Of a DNA stretch of 64,000 bases, positions 1-64,000 are shown one piece after another. Position numbers and translations under genes: made by a program. The notes below the pieces were generated by a model. That model saw only the letters and a list, made by a program, of their open reading frames with translations. It made no database searches and was not told where the DNA came from. Within the stretch, counting starts at the first letter, position 1. Every line of letters begins with the position of its first letter. The stretch is from Octopus vulgaris (lineage: Eukaryota), in NCBI GenBank assembly GCA_951406725.2, contig OX597827.1, positions 34,224,001 to 34,288,000 of the forward strand, given 5' to 3'.

Positions 1-289
1 ACCTACAAGAATATGTGCAAACCCTCACACCTAAGCACAAAGATGCACGAGCAACAAACACTAAAATTGTGCACAACAGTTACTAAAACGCCTAGCCTTC
101 TGCTTGCACTTTCAGTTTCATCTGACTATACCAAATGCACACGACGAACACAGATACATTAGTTAAGGCCTACAAACTCCAACAGACTCTAGCCTTACAA
201 TACTAAGAAACAACACAACTCACAAAATATAGAGTTTACGTATGATAAAAATTAAAAATTAAACATTAATGTAATAAACACGTACATGG

Positions 290-1395
290 TTGGTCGGTGA
301 CTTGGCGTCGCGAGCGCAGATTTATAAAGAGGAATGTCCATGTCTGTTGTAGGCTTGTTAGTGCTCGACAAGTCTGATTGGGGACAAACAGGCACGACCG
401 CAGAGACTGCATGTATAAGGAGGCTAACCATGATTGGTTTTCCTCTTTCTTTTGTCTGCAAAGATGGTCCTTGCAAGTGTTTTCAAAGGAAGCTGTTACT
501 CGGAGGACAGTGACATGCTAAGCTTCACGGTCATCGGCAAGAATAGACCACTGGTGCTGATCAGTGTGGCAGGCGTTGAGTGATTTCTTTAGGAAGTCCT
601 TGTACTTCTTTTTTTTGGAGAGTTCGCTATACAGCGTGATCTTGGGATAATCCTCCACCTTGTTGATGTATCCTGACCAACGTAGCTGTGTATTCAGCAG
701 GGTTGCTTCGATGTTGGTGACCTTCGCCTGCTCTAGGACCTCGGCATTAGTGGCATCGTCGCTCCAATGGATGTTGAGGATAATGGAATTGCTGAAGGAA
801 TCATACGTAAAGCCGATAAATGAGCCAACAGCCCTGAGCCGTATAAGAGGGTGGTCAGTGCGACAGATCTGCATACACTGATGTTGGTGCCTTCAGATAG
901 TTATTGTTCTAGACTCTTTTGTACAGTCTACCGAATGCATTGTTTGCCTTAGCCAGTATGTTGATAACTTCTTTGTCGATTTTGACACCTGATGGGATGG
1001 TGCGCCCTAGGTAAGTGAACTGGTTGACTGTTTTTAAATCAGTCACACCGAAGTGAGGTGGTATTCTTGTTGTGTGACTTCTCGACCAAAGTGCCAGGTA
1101 GCTTCTGCACAGAAAGCGGTAATGCGTTGCAAGGTTGTCTATATATGTGCAACAGGGACAGCGTCATCTGTGAAAAGCAACTCATGAATGGGTTCAGGCT
1201 CCTCGGGTTGAAGAAGCTGCCATTAGTATGATACCGGATGTGGATGCTGTCTTCATCGTTAGGGTCTTCGTTGGCCTGCTGGAGCATCATACTGAAGAAG
1301 ATGGTGAAAAGGGTCGACGCGAGGACACAACCTTACTTCACACCATTGCCAATGGAGAAGAGCTGGGAAAGATCGTTGCTGTATCTGAGAAGTCC
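290..1395 (-). mobile_element. RTE-clade (BovB-like) LINE, decayed 3' part
   Basis: GVK*GCVLASTLFTIFFSMMLQQA; FTYLGRTI; NAEVLEQAKVTNIEATLLNTQLRWSGYI; terminal Cys/His finger remnant. Confidence 0.85.
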
Positions 1396-2017
1396 ACACA
1401 CATGCACTTGAAAGAATGCGCAGACACACGAAAACATGCAATCGCGCGCACACACACACACAATAATAGCAATAATATATGGTGCATAAAAATATACAAC
1501 TACCCATGTATCCTGACCTTCCAATCACAGCCGACCTCTTGAATATGAATTGGGTTATTACTAATTAAACTCTTGGAATAGATGAACTCTCCAGAGAATC
1601 TCTAGCTGTATATGTGTGTGTGTGTGTGTGTGTCTGTTTGTCTGTTTGCCTGTCTGTCTTTCTCTCGCCGCGTGCGTGTATGTGCACGTGTGAATGTGTG
1701 AGAAAATACATGTATGGATTAAGTGTGTGCTTATATGGAGGGATGAACGGACGGACGAATGGTTGGATTTAAATCTGCTCATAGATATTAGAGTGACAAT
1801 TAGAAGTTGTTTTAATTCCAAACGGCAATTTTCAAGATGGGAAAGCTTTGGTATTTCTCACATTTGCAACAATTGGAAATATCAGCTGACTTGCTTAAGG
1901 GACCACGAACTGCACACAGTTATTTAAACCTTTTAATTCCAAGTGTTAAAATATCAACTCCATTAGTGAAAGTAGCATCTTATGAATCATAGCATGTTCT
2001 TGAAGCATCTCTTGTGA

Positions 2018-2422
2018 TTATTGTAGTAGTAGTAGTAGTAGTAGTAGTAGTATGGAGGAATGTGCTGTAACAGTGAGTCGCTGTATCCACAATTCTCTAT
2101 TACTCTTAGCGGATGACACCTTGGCACCACTCAGGCAATAACCTTCCAACTCATGAGTCTGTTTTGATTGGTCGTTGCTGGTGAGAGTTTTGTGAGATCG
2201 AAGTGCAAATCTTATCTCAACCTCATTTTGTCGCCCTTTACGACACATAGAGGAAGTGTTGCGTCTTTTGTTTATTAGCATAATGGTCCTCATACAGCAC
2301 TGGAGTAACGTTAAATGAGATGTTTTGCTCAAGAACACCAACACGCCGACCAATCTGGGAATCGAACCCATGATCTGGCGATCATGAGTGCAACACCCTT
2401 ACCACTTGGCTAAGCGTCTTCA
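2018..2422 (-). mobile_element. tRNA-derived SINE with (TAC)n tail
   Basis: Minus-strand head with A box tagccaagtgg and B box ggttcgattccc, followed by ttcttgagcaaaacatctca. Confidence 0.7.
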
Positions 2423-2479
2423 CCTGTAAGTGATGGGGTTTCTGTTTTGTTAAGTAACATACTGTGTATTATTACTGAA

Positions 2480-2715
2480 GGAAATTCTGCGTAATGATAC
2501 CCTTTTCGTGGAAAGGTATTGTTACTTGGAGATGATTTATACCAGAGAGCTAATGCTAGTCCATGAGGTACTTCTACCAACATAATAGAATCAAGCATCA
2601 AGAATTCTCCATTACGGAAATATGTGGAAGATTTTCAAATCATAGTAGGGATTAGAACTACTGGGCAGGAAGAATTTAACAATTGGATTTTGAACATTGG
2701 TGATGGGAGTTGACC
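2480..2715 (+). mobile_element. Helitron PIF1-helicase fragment
   Basis: Degenerate F.GKVLLLGDD...GTSTNIIESSIKNSPL...QEEFNNWILNIGDG. Confidence 0.6.
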
Positions 2716-2751
2716 GAATAATACTAGGTTTAATACATACATACATGCATG

Positions 2752-2870
<119 letters not shown>

Positions 2871-3050
2871 GTTGAATGAATTATCTTGTTATGGATAATT
2901 CGGTTAACCGATACCTGGGTAGCAAATTCACATAAGAGAAGACACGTTTGAAGATACATGCTTTCGTGTGGAAATTTGTATGTTTTTTTTTTTTTAAATA
3001 TAAATATATGAAAGAATGGAGTTGAACGACGAATTAACAAAATTCCTTTA

Positions 3051-3133
3051 TTTTCGACATATGTTTCGAAGGCTGCATATTCCTAATTGCGAAGGAATAA
3101 GGAGTATATTATGCCGCTTTCTCATCAGGAAAA
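3051..3133 (-). ncRNA. Type I hammerhead ribozyme (second pLTR copy)
   Basis: Reverse-complement copy of 5362-5444. Confidence 0.8.
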
Positions 3134-4406
3134 GCAAGGAACTTATGTCAACATCAAGATGCACAAAAAACTTTTAGATGACTGCTCACACGGAGCCCAT
3201 AGTGATAATGAGTGTCTCTTTAAAAATTCCTTTATAAGGAGTGACGTCAAAATGGTTGGATGTAGAAGATTCTAGAATGTTCTAAAGGTTCAAGGGTTCA
3301 AACGAAGTAGGAGAAGAGAGGCATAAGAATAGTAAGGTGAAAGGGTGCAGTTCAAATGAATGGTGAATTTTCTTTTGTGAATGAGTGTCTGTGTGTGTGA
3401 CTGTATATAACGGCATTAATGTGTATGTGTGTGTATGTGTGTGCGTGGTTGTGTTTGTGGATGGGTGGGTGTCAGAAAACAGACAGTGGTGAGGAGAACG
3501 GTTTGTGTCTGTGTGTTTGATTGTGCTTACTATAGATAGAGGGAAAGAGAGAGAGAAAGAGGAGGGCGAGGTATAGGGACAAAGGTAACACATACCTCAC
3601 TGGATTGGGTAGTAGTTCTTTGAAAGTATAAAAAGAATTTTTTGACTATGGGGGTGAAATATATAAAAAAAGAGTTATATTAATTAAAATTCAAGGGGCT
3701 ATCTATATTAATCATTATTCATATGATTGAAAGGTGTGTTTTTGCCAGTGCATGCATCTGTAGGACCTCCCGACGATTGTATTTATTAAAGGGACTTTGG
3801 CGAACAAAATATGAAAAAGTTCGGAATTACAGACGCCACAATGTTTTCTGCCCTTGTCAAACGGGAAGGACACCGACAATATGGACCATTTTAGTTTGAA
3901 AGTTGTATTGCTGTCCTTCAGACGCCAAAATAATTTACTTAGTCCCGTGCTGTTTTCTCTTATCTCTGAAAGTTGAATAATGGTTGGATATCCTTTGGGC
4001 TAATTTAGAAGAAGTTGCTCCAATGTAGAAGAAGACATCGGTTCCCGAAGAAATTTTGCACTGGTAAATGGTGTTTCTAATTTTGGAATTTTTGGATAGG
4101 AACTTTAATCTGTTGGGGTTAACATCCGATACTAAGACATAGTTTTTATTGTTATGATAGGTGTAAATATTGTTGCCACGATACTATTCATCTTATTATC
4201 ATTACTATTAATTGTAATATCGTCGGCAATTTCTCTGACTATAGGAATGCTGGGACTGTTATCATCAATAATACAACTGTTATTAGAAATGCTGTTATTA
4301 TTACCACTAACACCACCACTGTTAATAATCCGGCTAATATTATTATCATTATTACTATTGTTAACGCCAGTGCCGCTATGAATGTTGCTAATATCAATAC
4401 TGTTTA

Positions 4407-4479
<73 letters not shown>

Positions 4480-5361
4480 GTTAGGTTGGAATTGATAAGG
4501 ACAGTGTCGCTACTCCTGGGTGATGAATCCTTATTTAGCAGCTTATTATTATGGGAGGCAATTATCTGCGATAGGTTTCTAGTGTTGGAAAATGCAATCC
4601 TCACCTTATGCGAATTTATAGTAGAGTAATACCTAGAATTCCTGGGAAAGTTTCTAGCTACGGCTTCACGGAATTGTAAAGGGAGGTTAGACCTGATTTG
4701 TTTCCCGAAAGGAATGACAAACCAGATATAGTTTTTTTAGACTTAGAATAGCTCAGAGTGCTAACATTTACATTAAAGGGAGTATTTCTGTGTTGTAGAA
4801 TTGGTGTTGGTTTTCGATTGCCTCCCCTGGTCCGTAAATGTTTGTTAATTATATTAGTGTCGACGTTGCTAGGGTTGAAATCATTAATTACATTATTTCT
4901 ATTGTTATTAGTTTTCTTATCCTGAGAGGCAAATATTAGTTTAGAATGGGCCGGGTCGATATATGATACCTTATCCCTATAACCGGCTTTTGACAGGGCG
5001 GTATTATAAAATTCCGCTTTTTGTTTAAAAATGTCGACATTCGCAGATAAATTTGATAGTCTTAAGGATATATTTTAAATTAGATTATCGGTGATAGATT
5101 TTGCATGGTTACTGAAAATGCTGACATATTTAAGGTTAGAAGAAGGCTTATGGTAAGGGAAGTAAGAATTATTTTGCAGATTTAGGGTAACATCTAAAAA
5201 GTTTGCTTTAGTTAGCTCGTCGTCGAAAACTATGCTCATGCCCATTCTGCTAAAAAATCTAGCTAATCTGTTTAAAGAGACACTCATTATCACTATGGGC
5301 TCCGTGTGAGCAGTCATCTAAAAGTTTTTTGTGCATCTTGATGTTGACATAAGTTCCTTGC

Positions 5362-5444
5362 TTTTCCTGATGAGAAAATGGCATAATATACTCCTTATTC
5401 CTTCGCAATTAGGAATATGCAGCCTTCGAAACATATGTCGAAAA
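5362..5444 (+). ncRNA. Type I hammerhead ribozyme (Penelope pLTR copy)
   Basis: ttttc-CTGATGA-long stem II-GAAA-catatg-TC-gaaaa. Confidence 0.8.
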
Positions 5445-5483
5445 TAAAGTTGAATTTTGTTAATTCGTTGTTCAACTCCATTC

Positions 5484-5542
<59 letters not shown>

Positions 5543-5579
5543 CATACATAATTTTATTAAAAACAGCAAAAATATCACT

Positions 5580-5625
5580 AAAACTGTTACTCAGAGTTTC
5601 ACGTTTCTGTTCGTCGGACAGTTTT
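5580..5625 (-). ncRNA. Minimal hammerhead-like motif with CCGACGA core
   Basis: aaaactgt-CCGACGA-ac..gt-GAAA-ctctgag-TA-acagtttt (8-bp stem I). Confidence 0.6.
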
Positions 5626-5974
5626 GTTTAGAATATATATCTATCTAATTTTTCATTGAATCTGCAATTTCTAGACTGTTTTAGTCAACTGTAATCAGAC
5701 GAAAAAGTTGGGAATTAGGAATAAGTAACTGGATGCAAATAATAGGTGAAGAAAATAAGTAATATTTCGAACCTGAATCGAAATGTAGAGTGTGATGTCA
5801 TTTAAATGACCAATTAACTTACCGTATCTGATGGTATGTATGACGCATATTTTTTCCAGAGAAATGCCTCAAATATATGCGAATTTGGGCTCATATTACA
5901 TGCTTTAATGCACTAAAAACCCTTTTTCTGAATATGCGCTTCTGAAGTTCGGGTGCGTCTAATATTGATTTCAA

Positions 5975-6150
5975 ATTTTGGTATAAGGCAGCAATTTCGC
6001 GGGAGGGGTAAGTCGATTACATCAACCTCTGTGCTCAACTGGTACTTATTTTATCAATCCCTCGGCGGAATTTGAACACGGAACGTGAAGACGGACGAAA
6101 TACCGCTAAGCATTTTACCCGGTGTGCTAACGATTCTGCCAGCTCACCAA
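5975..6150 (-). mobile_element. tRNA-derived SINE, family A (same as 38801-39195)
   Basis: Shares gagctggcagaatcgttagc head and ataagtaccag core. Confidence 0.75.
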
Positions 6151-7807
6151 CTCAGTGGGGTGGTGCATCTAATATGCTCGTGCGTTGTTTTACGCCACCA
6201 AATAAGGAATATAGTAAAAATATAACAAGTGAAAATTTTCTATTTATACTTTTTGTAAAATTTTTCTTAGCAAGACTATTGCAGTATTATTGTAACCAAT
6301 TGTTAAACCATATCATTTTTATTAATTTCATACTCATTACAAATATACGAATAAGAATTTGTTTTAATTAATGTTATTTTAAGTAAATGAATATTTTTAT
6401 TTTCAAAATTAGCATTCAAATTAGTATTTCGTAAAAATACCAAACATTGATAAAAAAAATTAGAAAACAGCATAAAATTACATTCATCGTACTTATATAT
6501 AATATTATTTAACATAGCAGACAATGGTAATGAATATTATTAAAATTAAAACATTATCATGTAATGAGTAATATTTTCCTAATAATAGTTACTGTCGGTT
6601 TTGGGGTTATAAAAGTCACGCAGTCTCATATGGAGTTAAATATGTTACATCGGTAATGGATTAATTGTTAACCTGTAGTATGGTTATTGATAATATATAA
6701 TATTTGTTAGAAATATACAAATAAGAAACTTTTAAATTAAACTTTTATTTTGAAATATTTATTTTGAAAAGTAGTATTCATTTCATTATTTTGTATAAAA
6801 CGCCATGAAATATGATAAAAGGGAAATAATAAATATTGTATCTATGTAACATTACCTGCTATTACTCATAGTAGCAAAAGTATATGCAAACGTCACCCGT
6901 TACATGATGGGTAATACTCTGGGATATACCTACCTACCTACCTACCTACCTACCTACCTACCTACCTACCTACCTACCTACCTTCCTACCTACCTTCCTT
7001 CCTACCTACCTACCTACCTTCCTACCTACCTACCTACATACATACATACATACATACATACATACATACATACATACACAAACATATGTATGTATTCTTT
7101 TATTTCAAGGGTTCATTCGATCATATCAACCATAGTACTTTTATTAAAGTTTGATATATATTACACACACGCACACACATACATATCTTTGTTGAACTGC
7201 CAAGTTACAATACATTAAGAGATAGCTTAGTTTTCTAATTGGTATAATGTAGTGACGGGCATAAAGGCAGGTAAACAGATATTCACACATACATATACGC
7301 ACACATATGTACACACACGCAGACCAGATTTCACTGGTACCAATACATTTTCTGGAACCCAAGCGGGAGAAATGCTACATCATTACCCAGCTACTTCTGG
7401 TAACTCAACGAACATTACAGTTTATACGAGCTTTGATGAAACATTATTACCAGTGTGCCACATGCGAACCTTACCAGTCCTGTAATTTACGTACAGCAGA
7501 AAGCTTTCACGCCCTATGCTCTCATGAACCACTGTTTAATGAAAATTCAAACCTAAAATCTGTCTGAACTATCTACCTGTACTCAATCTAGGTAGGAAAT
7601 TTGTAATTTAACCTCACCCACATATCTATACATATACCACAACGTCTACTGAAGAGCATTATCATATAATACAACATGGCTACCTATTGAGTCTGAATGA
7701 CGAAAATACATGGCTCGCTATACAAGATTGTTCGACCATTATACTTTCAGGGGCATAGAATTAATAATAACTTGAATTTAATTAGAAATAATTATTACTG
7801 AAATTAT

Positions 7808-7947
7808 TAGGTTGTCCCAAAAGTTTGTAAACACTTGCGAAAATTGAATTTTTACTCGCTAAGTACTAATAAAAACAACAAAAATTATTCCTCAAAATAA
7901 AGATCATTATTTTCCAAGACTTTCTACGAACTTTTGGGACAACCTTA
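7808..7947. mobile_element. Tc1/mariner-type MITE
   Basis: TIR ggttgtcccaaaagtt / aacttttgggacaacc with TA-rich flanks. Confidence 0.7.
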
Positions 7948-7986
7948 TATTATTCTTCGGTTGAAAAGACAAACAAAAAAACCTCA

Positions 7987-62011
<54,025 letters not shown>

Positions 62012-62334
62012 CTACATAATAAAAATGAACAGAAAGCATTTTGATAAACATTTCTATCATGGGAAAAGATTTGCTTTTCTTGAATAGCAAATATAAGACA
62101 TTTAGGAGCGAAAAGATGGCTGTTAAAACAAAAACATATCCTACGTAATGCCATGCAAAGGGACTAATCAATAAATATAGTAAAATGGACGTTAATATAC
62201 TTAAGGTAGTGAACAAAGTATTTTTAATCTCATTCAACAAGAGAGTATGTTGCTTGATTGAGTTGGAGATGAATTTCACGCTCACTAACCAGCCTACTAC
62301 ATTTCAACAATGATTATGTCTGTAGAACAATAAT

Positions 62335-62762
62335 GGGATCTTTTCGGTTTGGACGGCAGTTTTTAACATAATTTCTAGGTAACTAAAAAATTTTAAACTT
62401 CGCATACTTGTAGAATGTGTTTATAAAACATCTTTTCTCTTGGCTTTATTGAGAAAATTCTATAGTTTGTAAGATATTTGTTGTTTTTTTTTCTTCACTT
62501 TCTGCAATTTCAACCAATCACTGACGTCTATTGAGGTAAAAACATTCTGTGCCGGATGAATATGTCCCTCGTTTAAGAAACAGATTGGGTTTATTTACAT
62601 TTGTGAAGAAAAAAGGATACCCTTCCCCCCACCCCTAACCCTAACAAACCCAAACCCAAAAACACGTTGAAATGCAATAGATCGATACTAGGGTCATAAT
62701 TATGGGTGACAATTTCATATGTCACCGCTAGAAAAAACTGCCGTTCAAACCGAAAAGATTCC
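62335..62762. mobile_element. MITE with about 30-bp TIRs and apparent 6-bp TSD AATAAT
   Basis: gggatcttttcggtttggacggcagttttt / aaaaactgccgttcaaaccgaaaagattcc; related pieces at about 26880-27060 and 54455-54660. Confidence 0.75.
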
Positions 62763-64000
62763 AATAATGTAATGGAAATTAAGAGCTTTAAACCCAAATA
62801 GTTTTATGGTCGTAAGTTTAATGTTCTTCGAACTGAAATATAATTTTCAGCCACAATTCTAAGTTTAGCAATCATTGTTCTGTGCAAGACATTAAACTAC
62901 GTGCGGTGATGAAACTCCAGTTCAGGAGTTTAGGAGTTTAGGAGAGTATAGATTTACTCCTTGGTCACCACTACTCCCAAATTCACTCTGGCTAGAAGTG
63001 ATAGTTATGACTTCCATACTAACCAAGTTGTAGACACCATCTGAATATAATATCTATGTCTTATAGTCATAACATTATTCTTACTGCAGCTAAGTTCGAT
63101 CTTCAGTGATGTGGCAGTGTTTTCTTCCAATCAATAAACAGATATCAATAGCTTCATGTACTGCTTCCTATTATAGTCGTTTCTTCTTTATTTCTTCCTT
63201 TCTTCCTTCCTTCTCCCTCTAAAATCTTGGAGGTCATACAAATGATCGTAGCTTTAACTTCTTTATCATTAATAAATATAAAAATTTAATTAATGTAGGT
63301 GATCAAAGCAATGAATTGTCTTTCCGTCTCTTATGGTGACATATATTTACATTTGCCAAGGAAAGAACTTTGGTTTGACCGTTCAACCTGCCAGTAAATA
63401 GCAGCCGATTCTTTCTGAAACCAAACTCTGTCATAAAATGGCAAGGATACGTGAGCTATTGTAGTCTTTGATCATAGGTTTATTCGATCATATCTAATCT
63501 AGGGCTAAACAGTTACACCAAGGTTAACTTGACTATATTGGTAGGGTTTATACAATGCTAGTAGAAGCTGAAACCAATGAAATATATTGTTCAACCTCAA
63601 TTCTTAAGTATATTAATCATTGTCCTGAGATTTTGATAAGGAGATTCTTGATGGATGATGCTTGTAGGCATGGTACAGTGACAGAGAGAGAGGGGGGGGA
63701 GAAAGAGAAGGAGATACTGACAGGCAGATAGCGACAAACAGACAAAGAATTAGACAGATAGAGACAAGCAGATAGACAAAGACTAATCATATTTTCCTCA
63801 AATCACATTACTTCCTACCATTGAATAATGTAGTTCAGATGTATGCTATATCAAAATTTTAAAAATAAATAAATTAAAAATTATTGGATTATCAAAGCTG
63901 GAATCTTTAATAATAGCTCTGCTTGATCAGGGTCGACTTGGATCTAAACAATGACAACTATGTGAAAGGATTGTATACTGAAGTATGGCCTGGTAACATG

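Larger units (their letters stand above)
3005..5492 (-). mobile_element. Penelope-like retroelement, 5'-truncated, with inverted pLTR
   Basis: RT C-terminus (ANFLDVTLNLQNNSYFPYHKP...SNH) and GIY-YIG (FFYIGATSSKLAQRISNHYSTF...CGVCNSE) remnants at about 3716-5270; about 220-bp inverted repeat at 3005-3224 and 5271-5492. Confidence 0.9.

Noticed and set aside
63024-63040. Possible 17-nt micro-exon (ttcag|ATGGTGTCTACAACTTG|gttagt) upstream of exon A
   Set aside because: It is frame-compatible only as an internal phase 2-1 exon; its ATG is out of frame, and no signal-peptide exon could be supported.

Overview
AT-rich, microsatellite-dense animal genomic DNA. The SINE families and repeat landscape look like those of Octopus (inference). 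About 54 kb is spanned by one large minus-strand host gene, which the ORF track shows only in fragments. I reconstructed 14 GT-AG exons (62011 down to 7987, about 888 codons; the 5' end is not resolved) that join in one stop-free frame. They encode a putative single-pass surface glycoprotein: about 6 beta-rich modules (two clearly PLAT/LH2-like, five each split over a phase 1-0 / 0-1 exon pair), a Thr/Pro mucin stalk with a 39-bp VNTR, a CxCC plus coiled-coil juxtamembrane motif, one TM helix and a short tail. Introns and flanks are filled with decayed transposons: RTE, CR1-group, R4/Dong-like and Tx1 LINEs; a Penelope-like element with inverted pLTRs; many Penelope-type hammerhead ribozyme motifs and hairpins; an RT-less Gypsy LTR element with TSD; mariner, Tc1, hAT and Chapaev3-like DNA transposons; Helitrons; MITEs; and several tRNA-derived SINE families. 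All family assignments come from motif recognition, not database searches.
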